Assembly: GCA_964016885.1 (NCBI GenBank) | Contig: OZ024746.1 | Coordinates: forward strand, 73,222,001-73,286,000 | DNA length: 64,000 nt | Origin: Eledone cirrhosa | Lineage: Eukaryota | Reading direction: 5' to 3' | Shown: positions 40,469-56,638 of the stretch, in pieces | Position numbering within the stretch: the stretch's first letter is position 1 | Layout: each line of letters begins with the position of its first letter | Program-made: the position numbers and the translations under genes | Notes under the pieces: generated by a model | What the model was told of the DNA's origin: nothing | Databases searched by the model: none | What the model saw: the letters and a program-made list of their open reading frames with translations, nothing else

Positions 40469-41087
40469 ACGTACATGTGTCATATAAATGGATGTATGTC
40501 TGCATAAAAGTAAATAATTGTAACTTTAGAAGAATTAATTTTACATGAAACAACTGCATTATTTGCTAATACTAATACAGTTCCACTCTATAGATTGTAT
40601 ATAACCATATGATGTAATGTTTTAGCTATGAGTTAGAAGATATACATTAGAAGATGTAGGTTCGTTACGTACCAATTTTCTTTACGTTTTCATTTTTGAC
40701 ATATTCAGTGTATGTATTTGCAATTAGTTTAAGCTTACAAAAAATAAACTTTGTTCAAACTTAGATTAATCTCCTAAAATATTTATTTAATTACATAATA
40801 TTCAAGTTGCAACACGGATGATGAAGAATCTCTAAAATGGATGACTAGTGGTCAGAGAATGCTTATTGTTGCTATTGTTATTTTTGTTTACACCGAAGTT
40901 AGCCCTGACGGAGCAGCCCTATGATCAAAAGCATTCCAGCCCTATACATCGCTACTAATTTCTAAGTATATATCACCAATAATCGCATCGCATTATCCAA
41001 TGTATCCTTCGTTTTTAATTCAGTTGGGTGTGACTTTAAGATGTTTGGGAAGTTATTGCTAGCAGTTCAAATACCACCTAGAGACAC

Positions 41088-41154
<67 letters not shown>

Positions 41155-42376
41155 TAAACGGAATAGAAAATGCTGACAAATTGTTCACAGTTGAAAAATA
41201 GTTTAATTAGGAATAAAAGAGTATTAGTGATTGTATGGGTTAGTATTCAGTTGTGGTTTTAAGTTTTTACCGGTTGCGCATTTCTAAATGCTTTTCAAAA
41301 ATAATTTTGAGATAGAGCGTCCGTGTTGTTAGCTCTGATCTCTGATGCCCAAACATTTCTGCCACATAAATTAGTGGTCTCTAAACTCGTGATAAAAATT
41401 AATGAAAATTATCTGCGTATTAGAGTCAAAATCCCAGATATTGCTATCAACATAACCAGGTAAACTGTTACACTGCTCTTACAAATATATTTTGGATAAA
41501 TAGGACGGACATCACAGAAACAGGCACATCAACTACAGACATGTGACAAGTGTACGGTAATAGTGGTAGATGGGAAAAATGGTGCTGGTGAAGGTGAAAA
41601 TCGTATATTGGTGCTGGAAATCGAAATACTAGTGTGTTAATTTGTTCGGTGTGACAACCAAAATATTTGGATATTGTTATGGAAATTTCAACTAAAGCTT
41701 ATTCATGTATAGAGGTCATATTATTCTAATTCAACGATCGTATTTAAGATTGGTGCTGAGTGTCAGGAGAAACATCAATTGTTCTTCTGTTTCGCTCGAG
41801 GAAACTTCTGAAGAGCCTAAACAACTAAATTGTGATTTTCATATTGATTTTATATTTTATATTAAATGAAATAGCTTTAGGCAATTATCAAAACAGTTCC
41901 CATCTTGATAACAGAACTAAATAACGTAAAGATTTATCACTTCAGGAGAAACTAAAAATATTAGTGATAAATAATTCAGCGTAGTTATAATGTTGTTTTG
42001 TGCTGAATTCTTCTTCTTCTTCTTCTTCTTCTTCTTCTTCTTCTTCTTGAGAGGGTCGTGGGACCAGAGTCCTCAGTTCTGTGTTTTCGAACTGATCCTT
42101 TTTGTACTTTCAAATAAGAAATAGTCCGTAGGGAGATCTTTCGTCCCCTCTCCCCCCCTAAAAAATCATTGGAATAGTAGATAACATTTGACATGAACCA
42201 TTTAATCATCTTATTAGTTGTCTTACACATGTCAGACAACAAATATATGTATATAGTTCAAGGTATAAAAGAAGACAAACACGAAAGCCAATTACATAAA
42301 GTATTATTAGTTTCACACTTGTGGGAAAAGGAAAAGTAATGCCTCTCTCTCTCTCTCTCGCTTTCTCCCTCTCTCT

Positions 42377-42428
<52 letters not shown>

Positions 42429-42529
42429 ATAATAATAAAATTGAAGACTAAAATCCAAAGAGGGCTCGATAAGGAAAATATATATCAAATATATAAGAAC
42501 CGTAGAGCAAATATTTATTAAAATAACAG

Positions 42530-42631
<102 letters not shown>

Positions 42632-42636
42632 TAAAT

Positions 42637-42872
<236 letters not shown>

Positions 42873-42929
42873 TATATATATATATATATATATGTAAGTA
42901 AGGTAATTTTATAATTTTCTTATTTTACG

Positions 42930-43020
<91 letters not shown>

Positions 43021-43187
43021 TATATATATAAATATATATATATAAATATATGCAAAGTTTTATTTAAATTGTTGGGTTAACAACTAGTAAATATTTATAA
43101 CTGATATAAAAGCACTCAACAAGTATTTGGAGTATATTTACGATATTAAATAAATGGAAACTATATTTATAAAACCATATTTATTTC

Positions 43188-43242
43188 ATTATATATATTT
43201 CAGGGATATCATATTAAAAATATGCTATGCCTTCCTCAGACA
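43188..43242 (-). ncRNA. Hammerhead ribozyme motif (family E)
   Basis: Minus strand CTGAGGA-AGG..CATATT-TTT-AATATG..CCT-GAAA-TATATATA-AT, then AATAAA. Confidence 0.65.
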
Positions 43243-43324
43243 AAATACAATATAAACAGTCTTATAAATAGATAGATTCGACATACCTTTCAACATCGAC
43301 TTCAATTTGAAAATATATATATAT

Positions 43325-43758
<434 letters not shown>

Positions 43759-43842
43759 TACCCACTCTACTACCCCAAGTATTGAGTACTTTGGTGCGTT
43801 ATGGTCCACCTGGTTCCTTACCACATTTCCTTCATTATATAA

Positions 43843-43919
<77 letters not shown>

Positions 43920-43942
43920 AATAAATATATATATATATTTAT

Positions 43943-43973
<31 letters not shown>

Positions 43974-43980
43974 AATAAAT

Positions 43981-44187
<207 letters not shown>

Positions 44188-44190
44188 AAT

Positions 44191-44284
<94 letters not shown>

Positions 44285-44506
44285 GTATCTTGAACTTTAT
44301 TTTATCATGAGTTAAGGCTCTATTGATTTTTCCCTGGATTTCACTAAATTCTGTGGATGAATTTATATCCTAATTCTCTTTAGGATGAGTTTAAATTATG
44401 TTTTCACATCTTACGTTAACTATTTTTCCCATTTTGACGCTATAGTCACTTATATACTATGGAATGCTGTTCGCTTTTCGCTGCAGTGTTTTCTATACCT
44501 TTCATT

Positions 44507-44537
<31 letters not shown>

Positions 44538-44681
44538 GAGAGACGTAAAATAAGAAAATTATAAAATTAACTTACTTACTAAAATTTCACTCCCAACTAA
44601 TTAGTTTCTGAAATGGAATAAATATACTTTCCGAAGAAAATATAGAGAATCATTTCGTCGTCAGGGAAGTCTATTCTCAGC

Positions 44682-45191
44682 TAGAAGTGGTAACACAACA
44701 GTTAGTTCACCATATCGAGAACAATCGTTTCACCTTAGCGGATCCTCAGCTCGTAATGGTCATGGTTATACGGAATAGGAAGGACAACCGTATGAACGCG
44801 CATGCGCAGAAACGGTCACTTCACCCAGGCAATGAAAAACTGCGGGCGAAATGTGTAAGGGAGATAACTGCGAAAGTCCGAAAGGTTCTAGTTGATAAGA
44901 AAATTAGGATGTTGTTATTCAATCCGGAGCTTTGTAGTTATGTTAACGGATTGAATAACAACCTCCTAATTTTCTTATCAACTAGAACCTTTCGGACTTT
45001 CGCAGTTATCTCCCTTACACATTTCGCCCGCAGTTTTGCATTGCCTGGGGGAAGTGACCGTTTCTGCGCACGTGCGTTCATACGGTAGTTTTTCCTATTC
45101 CGTATAACCATGACCATTACGAGCTGAGGATCCGCTAAGGTGAAACAATTGTTCTCGGTATGGTGAACTAACTGTTGTGTTACCACTTCTA
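44682..45191. repeat. Fold-back inverted repeat (arms 44682-44926 and 44947-45191, 20-nt spacer)
   Basis: Mirror-image ORFs 44687+ and 44938- encode nearly the same peptide; about 8 substitutions between arms. Confidence 0.95.
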
Positions 45192-45249
45192 CATAACTCA
45201 TCCCATGGACTGAGTGCTCTACCACTGCGGATATTACCTTCCGGTGTTC

Positions 45250-45335
<86 letters not shown>

Positions 45336-45734
45336 CTTGTGTGCATGTGTACGCGCGTGTGTGTGTGTGTTTGTGTGCATGTGCAAGTAATGTTTGTGTG
45401 AGCGTAGAAAGAAACTGGTTGCAATGATATTTACTAGATAACAACTATAATTTGGGTAGTTTAAATCTACAGCAGTCTTCCTATTCTGCAATACATTAAC
45501 TGACATACTTCTTGCGTTTCATTTAATTTTTTTCAAATTTTAACTTTTCTATAAAAATTCCTATCAATTTAAACGTGGAATAATTTGGTTGGCAGTAAAG
45601 AAGAGAAAAACTAACATTTCCAGCAGTATCCCTCGTAGGTGTTTTATTCATTTTGTTCTCAATGCACTGAACCCAAAACCGAGCAAGAGCATTGACATGT
45701 ACGGACAAGTAATTTCGCATATACAATCAGTTTT

Positions 45735-45915
45735 TAGCGTGTTCGATTTATAGTGGCGTGTTGTGTCCTTGAGTAAGACACTATATTGCACAATGCTCCG
45801 GTCCATTCAGCTGGAAGAAAGGGGTTGAAACTGAAAAATAATACGAAGAGCCAGCCATGTTATACACTGTGTTACGCTGAACCTACATGAGAATTACATT
45901 AAGAGTACAGCATGC
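45735..45915 (+). mobile_element. Old CORE-type SINE
   Basis: gtgttcgatt..gtgtccttgagtaagacact..gtccattcagctg. Confidence 0.6.
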
Positions 45916-46103
45916 CCATATATTTACTTGTTATTGGTCTATGTCATTGTGCTGCGGTCAATGGTTTTAGATCAACTCATTTCAGCGATTTCTATCTATT
46001 AAATGATTCAGTTTAACACTCACCTATGCCTTACTCAGGATTGTGAGCCTATCAAATATATTCTATGAGTAATTTACACAAATATGCCTCAATATATAGA
46101 AAC

Positions 46104-46164
<61 letters not shown>

Positions 46165-47139
46165 ATGTGTGTGTGCGTGTGTGTGTGTGTATGTGTGTGT
46201 GTGTGTGCGTGCGTGTGTGTGTGTGTGTTTAATGACCATGTAATATGACGGCTGCAGCTGATGACACCCATAACCCCCGTAATTAGTAAAGATTTGGTTA
46301 TTGTTATACATGGGAGTGTGTTAGTTATGAAGGATGTGATTAAGTTTTTTACTTTATTTCTAGCGTGGTATTTGGTATGTAGAATGTCTTTTGTCATAGA
46401 TATATGTGATCTCGTTTGACTTGAGACTAGACAACAGCAACAAACACACCTCCGGGTCTAGATAACAAGTACCAGTTATACTAATAGGGATGTTTAACCG
46501 ACTGCATTGACTCCTCTGTAAAAAAGGTTGTCACGATCTTACTTTAAAAAGTCTTTATTCATACGAGTTCATGTCAGTTTTTAACACGAGTTAAAATTGT
46601 GTGGTCGTTGCTATTTGCCTGACATCTTTCAAATGTTTAATAAAATACGTACCAGTAAAATGCTGGAACTTAATCTAATTGTAAATACATACACATACTT
46701 TTATCAAAATCGATATTGCAACTAGTTGAAATAAATCGACATTTATTACTTTGGGAAAACTTTGGCGCTATTTATATCTTTCTTAATTTCAGATGCGTCC
46801 ATTGATCGATCATCAGTAATCAATGCAGATAGAAAGGAAAAGTGAAAACCAAGCAATGGAAAATGCTGAAGATATAATAATTCTGTCTTCCTTCCATATA
46901 AAGATCGGGGTTATTTAGTAAATGGAAGGAGAAGCCATGATCTCAACACCTTTCAGAGAAATGCTTTATTCATAAGCAGATGTTAACCTTTAACAAAGCA
47001 CAAATTCCCTTCATAATGGAATGTAAATGTGTGTATATGTGTATATGTCCATATACTGTACCGATTGTGTTCTTATTTCTATTTACCTTTTACATACATA
47101 CATGCATATATATATATATATGTATACAAAAACACACAT

Positions 47140-47191
<52 letters not shown>

Positions 47192-47208
47192 CCCACACAC
47201 ACACACAT

Positions 47209-47278
<70 letters not shown>

Positions 47279-47295
47279 CCCACACACACACACAT

Positions 47296-47336
<41 letters not shown>

Positions 47337-47628
47337 CACCCCTCCACACACACACATATATATACATATCCACTTGAATTGTAATATTTCATAGAGCTGT
47401 ATCGTATCTTCCTGTCTATTTCTATTTCCCTATCACTCTGTCCACTCCCCCTCACAGTTTTATTACCACTCTTTACACAAGCAAGCGTGCTTATTCTGTT
47501 AAACTAGATCTACTTCATGCACACGCATACTAGATCACATACATACGACACGACATGCACACATTATCATAATTATTATCTTTATTATTATTACTATAAT
47601 ACAAACACACAAACACACACACACACAT

Positions 47629-47661
<33 letters not shown>

Positions 47662-47746
47662 GTAATATATATATAAGCGATTCTTTGCTTAAACTTTAAT
47701 CTGTTATTTTAATAAATATATATATATATATATATAGAAACACGTG

Positions 47747-47805
<59 letters not shown>

Positions 47806-47959
47806 ACACGTGTTTCTATAAATACATATATGCACACCCAAACACACGCATGCGCGCGCACATGTACGCATACACTCACGTGCACACACAAACAAGCATA
47901 CCCAAATATATATTCGTTTTACACTGAGGCGTTATGCCACCCTTACCCTGAACTTCAAT

Positions 47960-48340
47960 TGGCTTTTTGTCACGACGACTAAGCCAAGAGAGCCAACTGG
48001 GTATAGTACGTAAATAAATCCTAAACATTTATAATATATAATTGAATAAACTACAAAAGTAACTATCGATATGGAAGATCAGTGCTTCAGTACCAAATTG
48101 TTAGACAGCATATTAAGCAGGAGGAAATACAAAATAACCAGGTTTGATATAGTCGAACTTTACTCATCAATGGCAGAACACATCATCAAAAGTTTGATTT
48201 CTATGTTGCTACAATTAGCCAGCCTGACATTCATGTGGCAATGAATGCTAGAATGTCACTTTTATTTTATACAGATACTTTCTGTGTGAAAAAGCAAGAC
48301 GTTGAGTTGTTTGATGACATCACTGGGAACTAAATATAGT
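47960..48340 (+). mobile_element. Highly decayed Penelope-like RT fragment
   Basis: Peptides FDIVELYSS and MNARMSLLFY..VKK..LFD resemble the PLE RT motifs FDIxxFYPSI and RKSLLF..FDVTMG. Confidence 0.5.
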
Positions 48341-50442
48341 GAAATCTGGCAAGTACTAAAATTCAAATTGGCAACGATAATAGCTGTAATCTCTGCCAAG
48401 TTGTTTCATTGACTGCAACCATTACCATCACCACCACTACAAATACCATCTCTACCATCACCACCAACACGACCAACACCACCACCACCAACACCACTAC
48501 CCCTGTAACTACCACCACCACAACCAACACCACCAACAGCACAAGCGTAATATTCTGTGATGCCTAGCCTATAGCAACAAATGTGAGGAATAGAATTCCA
48601 TGTCACATCAAATCAACTGACCAATGGCTAAAATCTGTTATTTGAGCCCAGTCGTTGTAATGAATGGAACTGGAAACTCAGAATAATCAAGAGATAGGGA
48701 CAACATTTAATAAACTCTACTTTTTGTGTGAACGAGTCAGAGTACACGAAGAACAGATACGAAAACTGGAAGTAAGGAAAAACTCACTAAACGAACATAT
48801 AGAAATATGCGAGAACAGCAAATTCAACATTTTATAAATGTTCAAGACATGATCCAAAGTATCGACTAGAGATGGACAAATATTTTATGAAGAAATTCCC
48901 ACAAAAGAAAATACACGATTATCAGTTAATTATAAATTTATTCAACATATTCCACTCTCAAATTCACACACTTATGACAAGCGGTCCTGCCTCCTCTGTA
49001 AAGGTAACAGCTTTCGCAATACCTTTAAGTCAGGAAGCTTTCAGCACCCTGGGAATACAAATATATGAAAAGGGAAAACTATATTTTTCATGTGCAAATG
49101 ACAGAAACTAACATCAACATAAATTAATAAACCAAAACATAGAACTAATTCAGCACTATTTATTCTTTACAGAATATTAAGGACAAACACAGACATGTTT
49201 TATATATATATTATAGATTTATAAAAGAGATTGCAAAGTTTCAATCATACAATCAGGACTCTAAGCAGATTATTTATGTGTATAAAAACGTATGCTATTT
49301 TGTCTTTTAGCTCCAGGTTAGGCTTGATTAATTAGACTTGTGTTAAAAAAAATGTCTAGCCTGACCTAACCTGTTGTTTTTTATATGTAGGACATTTTCC
49401 AATTTGATCTTTGTTAAGACGCTAAGATTTGATTTGAGATATATTTTCTTTCTGCTTGTAACAGATCGAATGATGAAGAAAAGGTTTCTTCGTTGGCTTG
49501 TTCAAAAACGAAATACGTTGTAAAAACATATGTTGGTATAATTTTATGTTATTTTACCCCTTGTGGTATCAAACCGCCCGACAATATCCCTGGTTCAACC
49601 ATACAAAACTGTTTACTTTAAAGTGTTTGAATATATCTAAAAACCTTCTGTCATCATTTTATGTAAGAACCTTTTATCATGTTTCATACACCAACTTAAT
49701 GATGAAAAAGTAAAATACATTACTAAATCTCTCCAAATTCTTGATAATTTTCCAACTTATGTGAAAATCATAGCTAGTGTTTTACATTAGAAATATGGCA
49801 AGGAATGGGTAAAAGGTATATTTGTATATTAATGCGAAGTTGTACATAATTCAGTTGTATTATAGTAGTTGTGATACAGCAGAATGTTTACTTTAAGGAA
49901 GAAATATTACCTTCTTAATCCTTTCAGTTGAGGTACCGTAACACATTTGATTAAGCATTTTAGAAAACAAAAGGTTTCTACAAAAGCCACGCAATTGAAT
50001 GACCTTTACTTGAATAATACAGAATTCCTGCTGAGAAAAACTGTTAGAAATTCTACAAGGAGAAATACATTGTGTCATGCAATACTCTGTGAACTTCACC
50101 TAATATAGGTTTTCAACAACAAAATCTTAAGAAATCTTTACATAATGCAAAAGAAACATAACAGCTGAAGCTGTTGAGAAAATATATCATGATAACTGAT
50201 AAAATATATTAATTTACAGAAACCCAACTATACACTATTTTTTCATTACATAGGGCGCTGTGTGAGGTACGTGGTGATACACAGTTAATTGAAAATGTAT
50301 TGTTGAAAACGCATTGAAGTCTACAGCAACCTCAATTTCCATTCGATCGTTTGATTTTAATTAAATATTCTTCGTTAAAAATTTACTGTTTTGAGACGAA
50401 TTCAAATATTAGTACTTATTTTGGTTAATTATATATATTTAA

Positions 50443-50632
50443 GGATCGATCGACTTTTGTCAAATCGGATCGAGGAAACCATGTTTCCGTCGGTCTTTTC
50501 AATTGCTAGTACTATATATCGGTCGCAACTCCAGGTAGAAGGAACAACGTGAAATAACGCATCGCCCGGTCCACGAATCGAACTCACAACCTCAAGATTG
50601 TGAATCCAATTCTCTAACCACTCAGCCACACG

Positions 50633-50636
<4 letters not shown>
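50443..50636 (-). mobile_element. tRNA-derived CORE-type SINE
   Basis: Reverse complement of the 35710 copy with a short internal deletion. Confidence 0.85.
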
Positions 50637-50685
<49 letters not shown>

Positions 50686-50999
50686 CATACATATATATAC
50701 ATATATATACATATACATATATAACGAAGGAAATGTGGTAAGGAACCAGGTGGGCCATTACGCACCAAAGTACTCAATACTTAGGGTAGTAGAGTGGGTA
50801 ATAGGAACAAGTAAGACCCCGACGGCTAATTCTGTACAGCTGTACGGCTAATTCTATATATATATATATTTATATATATATATATTTTTATATATTATAT
50901 ATAATTATATATATATATATATATATTACTTCAAAATATTAATAAATATAGACATTCATGTGATCAAATATATTTTATTATACATATTTCAGAGGTACT

Positions 51000-51031
51000 G
51001 AGCTATTTCAACAGTACGTCCTCATCAGATA
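51000..51031 (-). ncRNA. Degenerate minimal hammerhead
   Basis: Minus strand CTGATGA-G-GAC-GTACT-GTT-GAAA-TAGCTC. Confidence 0.5.
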
Positions 51032-51093
51032 AAATAAGTTGATGCCTGACATAGCTTGACTATGTTGATGGTTATAATTCAGTCATGGCAGTC

Positions 51094-51125
<32 letters not shown>

Positions 51126-51483
51126 ATTTATATATATATATGGGGGGGGGGGGGGGGCGTGCGTGTGTGTATATATGTGTGCGTGTCTGTCTGCTTCTGT
51201 GTGTATTTGTATGTGTGTAATGAACACCAGAGTAAAATATGTTTCGGTTTACGATATATATATATAGATACATTGATGAGGTTATAGTCAAAACATAGAT
51301 GTCATTGTTAAAAATGTACTTCTATGCTCAATCAATCACCGCTCGGTTGTATCGGCTTATTAACATTGTGAGAAGAATGCCTAAATAAATAGACTGCAGG
51401 CGTCAAGTTGAAATAGAGTTGCACGATATTTATATGGAAGCAGCACTTATTTTACCCTCGCCTTCCAAACAGAACAAATAATA

Positions 51484-51900
51484 ATAGTTTCTAATTTTGG
51501 CATATGGCTAGCAATTTAAGGGAAGGGGAAATTCGATTATATGGACCTTAGACTTGACTGGTACTTTATTTTATCGGCTTCGGAAGGATGAAATACAAAC
51601 TTTATCGCGACAGAATTTGAACTCTCGACGTAAAGAACCGCAATAAATACTTTTTCCGACGCTCTAACGACTCTGTCAACCCCCCACCCCCCAAAAGAAC
51701 TAAAAATAATAATTTCCTACATAAGCACACTATCACATATTGGATGAGATGAAAAGATTATAGTTAATTAAATCGACTGCAGTATTTGACTGGTGCTTCC
51801 TTTTATCTGCTCCGTGATGATGAAAAGCAAAGCTAACATTGGTTAGACTTGAACTGAAAGGTAAAAAATGCAAGATTCTACCGATTCTATCAATTTGCCG
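51484..51900 (-). mobile_element. Two old SINEs related to family A
   Basis: gactggtactttattttatc..ggatgaaa..atttgaactc occurs twice in eroded form. Confidence 0.7.
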
Positions 51901-53459
51901 AGAATCCAATAGTAATAAAGATGATTCGCAATACCAAGTTCTAATCCCGAACGAAGATAATTGGTGTCATTAACGAGTATATTCTACTTTCTAAAACCAA
52001 ATGTAATAATTCTCACTATTTCTTTCAACCAATGAATCGTTCTATCTTTGTTGCTCTTTCAACCGTAAAAAGATTTCTACTTAATAAGAACATTATTTCC
52101 ATATATACATTATATATAATTTCATAGCAGATTATTCTATTTTTGTTGATTAGCAATTGTATTAGTTGAGATTCATAATTAAGAATAGCAGTTCAGTGAC
52201 AAAAATACAGAAAGCTAAGAAATATATGGCAAAACCATGAAAGAACAATATCGCGTTAAAGTAAGCGGATAAAATGAATGCCTTTCGCTCGGATCACTTT
52301 TTCTTATAGTTTTCTGACTGGTATTGAAAAATATACAAAAAGAACTGAAATTATGCCAGGTCAGTTGAATGTTCTTAAAGAAACGCAATTTCTAATAAAC
52401 ACCAATATCCAATTAGAATTTAAATTTTACATGGAATTAACCTAGGGTTAATGGATATTTTATAATCTGTAAAAAAATATCCCAATTAGAAAACTCATGG
52501 ATTAAAATTTGAAAAATATCTTCCAAACATCTAAAACAAATTGTTTATTTTTAATTTCCAATTTTCATTTCTAATAATTAATTTTTAAATGATCACCTTT
52601 CAAAACAATTATTACTTTTTTGTATTTATTTTATTTTTTATAATTTTCTCTTTTCAGTACTTTGTTTGCAGCGTCTAATACTTTCAAATTATAATTAACA
52701 AGCTGTGGAATATTGTATTTGCTAACACTTATAACTATTCACGTGTAAAGGACATCAGAATGGTTGTCGGCTTCATAATAAAATGACGTCTATGTGAACG
52801 TTACAACAAGAAAAGATAGTAATTTCGCAATCATCAATGAATATAATTGATTCTTCTTATTACCAGATTATAACTACTTTATCGGCGTCTATTTGTGAAA
52901 ATATTGTCGGTTTGCATAATTACTGGAAAACAACAAATAGAAATAGAAATTCATCGAATCACGTGGAGATTTTTTTCTTTTTAATCATATGTGTGTGTGT
53001 GTGTGTCTCTCTGTGTGTGTGCAGGTATGGATGTTATAATATGTGTCTAATTTTTGGAATGTTTTACATATTTTTACATTTCCATAATGAACTGTTCTTG
53101 CAACTAATTAGTCGTGTTCTTACTGGTTCTGTGAAGCCTAGCTTCTCAGGATTTGTACTGAGGCAGTTAGTGACATATCACAGACCCTAATGATCACATT
53201 TACAAATCTAAAGGTATATCCCGGGTGGAGTATTTGCAGATTCCTCATTAGTTCAGCATAAATGCTATCTTTTTCACTAATCTTTAGCATTATATTGACA
53301 TATGTTGGGCAACTGATTTCTACTACTCGGCACGCCTTCTTTTCACTGTCCCATATCACAATGTCAGTCCTGTTATGTTTGCTTTTTACTGAGTTTCGAA
53401 CTGATCATTCCACCAGTACTCTTTCATATTATGTATGCATATGTACGTGTAGTTAAATC

Positions 53460-53930
53460 ATTGAAAAAAAACTGGTTTGATGGTGGCTAACCGGGAGATA
53501 GTCTCTTGAAAGATAAACTTGGCGTGGAATGATGAATGATGGTGTCCATAATTTTGAGGACAGACGCATAGCGCACGAGAAGATCAAAGAAGATTGCGAA
53601 AGCAATGCCCTGGTGTATCTCCCGAGACGATCGGTGTCTCCATTGAATTGGTGTGCCTTGAGTGTGGAAAGATTTACTTAAGCAAATCTGATCTCAGAAG
53701 CCACAGTCGCAGCCATGCTCAAAGAAAACCAGTGAACTATGATCTCCACTGTATTGTAAAGGTTCACAGACAACCTGATGCAAGACCTGAGGCCAGGGAG
53801 ATCCATAGTTGTCGCCATGGGCGAAGGAGTGCAAGTCTCTAGCAGGCTTGAAAAGCCATATCCGAGCGTCACACATGTGAATCTGACAAGCGATTGCAAT
53901 ACACTTAGCAGAGTTTGCAGCCATCATGAT
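53460..53930 (+). mobile_element. RTE-type LINE 3' end with C2H2 zinc finger
   Basis: WRGMMNDGVHNFEDRR and CLECGKIYLSKSDLRSHSRSH. Confidence 0.7.
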
Positions 53931-55516
53931 TAAATAAAAAAATATTTACTATTTTAAAAACAGTAAAGTGAGATTGTGAGATTTGCGATAAACCTTCTTG
54001 CCATTTTCGTAGATATGGCGACAGCCTACAGGGCTCTTCTTGTTGTTTAGTGCAAACGTAAGATTTGATTAATAAGACATATCAAGAAATATGTTCATTT
54101 ATTGTTTCACACTTATTGTCTAAACTCTAAATGTCTGACATGTTTCGTTGATGATTAGATTATAAATTTTACTTCTATTAACATCATCATTTTATATAAC
54201 TTTTGATAAACATTTACATCTACAATACGTTTCGAAAAGCTTGATCTTCAATCGGTTTCTACGACAAATATGTCAGTGGTTTAGAGGTAAAGAGTGTTAT
54301 TTCTTCTGTTTAAAGGAAAAAGATTCCTTGTTCAAATTCACCCATATACTGTGTACACATTCAGAAATAAGGAATCTGATAACGATCGGAGCTCACTTGT
54401 ATAATAGTTGGGTTAATTGAACAACATTAGGCAATGAGTCTTTTTTTTTAAAGCGGTATGGTATGATGTGAGAAAATTTAATTCACAGTTGCCAGAAGAA
54501 TTTCATTAAAAAAATAGCGTACAATTTGGAAAAGGTAGCGGATTGTGTTAAAAAAATTTGCTCAAAATGAATATTTTGCTAATAAACTGTTTTTATCAAT
54601 TTATTTATTTGTTTACTTATTTATTTAAGAATGTTTTTTTTTTTGTTTTTTTTTTCGGATTACTATGTTTTAAACATTCTAAATTACGATTCTTCACCAC
54701 AAAAATCTTTTCATAGATTCAATTCCCCAGCCTCAACGAACATATAAAAATTGCCTATAGGTTGGTTCTAATTTACTTTAAACATGAATTTAAAAATTAG
54801 GTTTTCTGTGTCAAAAATTTCATTTTCTTTATTTTTTTACTCTCCCTTTTGTAGTTGCTCGACTCATATTTCAACACGGCTTCCCAAGGGGTGTAATCAT
54901 AGTAGTAAATATTCTGTTAATCAAGATTTATCTTTAGTCTTAAAATTGACAAAATAGGATTCAAACCAATCTTACTACTTAGTTTAGTTTCGGTGATGTT
55001 TACTCTCGAAAATACTCTTTCAATCAATGTTTAGTGAACGGTTAATATATATTCGGATCAATCTGACAATCTAGGGACACCAGCTGCAGTGTTAAGTGTT
55101 ACTGCTTACACTTCCACCCACTGCGTCGAGTGGTTTTGTAAACATTCATTCAACCCATGTCATACATTTTAATTAAAGTTCATTAGTTGCAGCTGATCCC
55201 ATAACATACATTGCTTGCACAATAGTTGTGATAACTATAAAATGCCATTTAAAAATGTACTTTTAAAGCATCGTTAAGAATTCTTTTTTCCACAGCTACT
55301 TCTCGCTAACCATCTTGTCACTTAAAGGATCATTATTTTCAATAGTTTCCCATCACTATTGATTAATTTCGATATAAGAGTCCTTTTGCAACGCAGATCA
55401 GTGGAACCAGTTGTATGCTTCTGTTAATTAATATTAGAAGGGAATTATTGAGAAGTGTGGGAACATATTAATTGGAGAGCATGGTAAATGCATTCATGAG
55501 AATAAATTTTTTATTA

Positions 55517-55586
55517 TGTTATTTCATTCACGTGTATTTATTAACGCCACATGTTATTTCATTCACGTGTATTTATTAACGCCACA
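55517..55586. repeat. Perfect 35-bp tandem duplication
   Basis: atgttatttcattcacgtgtatttattaacgccac twice. Confidence 0.9.
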
Positions 55587-56425
55587 AAGTTAATTCATTC
55601 GGTCCTCAATGTTTACCATTGACTGACCAACGGTCAAACATACAGATATAATATAGATATAAACACATATATAGTATAACAAAGTTCTTTCGTTGCACAT
55701 CTGCAACATCGTCAGTGGTGCTATTATGTTCCTCTTGTTGTATTGTATATCTACGCCATCTTTATTTATTATTTTTTTTTTTTTCAAAAACCTCGCAAAA
55801 CAAATATATATATATATATATATATACGATTCTCGCTAATTTATATTTGTATTAATCTCCAGAGTCTAGCTATTAACCAGTTAATTTTCTTGATTTTTTT
55901 AGTTGATTCTATTGACTGATGAATAGCTTTTGTTAACTTATAACCATTCTGTTGAGAACTTAATTCGTTTTGTGATATTTTGCATTTTTGCAATAATATA
56001 CACATACTGAATTTCATCCGCCTAAAATAAGGGTTGCCTCCCTTGTCGAGCCCCACGTGGGTATCGGTAACGGTCATTACTTCGCCTGGCACTTGAACTA
56101 AAACCTGTTGAGAAAGTGACTTCCATGTTCAATCATCTTACCAGAAGCCTAACATTATTTGTCTAAGCGGACAGTACTTGATTTAGAAGTCGCAGAAACC
56201 CAAATGGTGGATTTTACCAACCTTCAATATTTTTTCATTTGTTTGACCCGAATTACTTGGTCGTTTCTATGGCTGTGCGGATGACGGTTTAACCATCGTC
56301 TCAGTGTGTTTGACCTTTAACGTATGTTGTAGCTCTGGTTCGTCAGAATTATTGAGCGCTTGCCACACATCTCGCAAGTTGTTTTTCGCTAATTCCAAAG
56401 CCGAAATACGATTCTCGCTAATTTA

Positions 56426-56474
<49 letters not shown>

Positions 56475-56604
56475 CGAAGGAAATGTGGTAAGGAACCAGG
56501 TGGACCATAACGCACCAAAGTACTCAATACTTGAGGTAGTAGAGTGGGTAATAGGAACCAGTAAGACCCCGACAGCTGAGCTCAAGCCGTTTCGACGGCT
56601 TGAG

Positions 56605-56636
<32 letters not shown>

Positions 56637-56638
<2 letters not shown>

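Noticed and set aside
41808-41885. CTGAAGA-GCCTAAA...TTTAGGC
   Set aside because: Stem is present but GAAA and the cleavage site are missing
44687-45444. Two similar ORFs on opposite strands
   Set aside because: A consequence of the inverted repeat, with no protein-like features
53594-53842. C2H2 zinc-finger ORF as a host gene
   Set aside because: Context and upstream peptide match the C-terminus of RTE LINE ORFs
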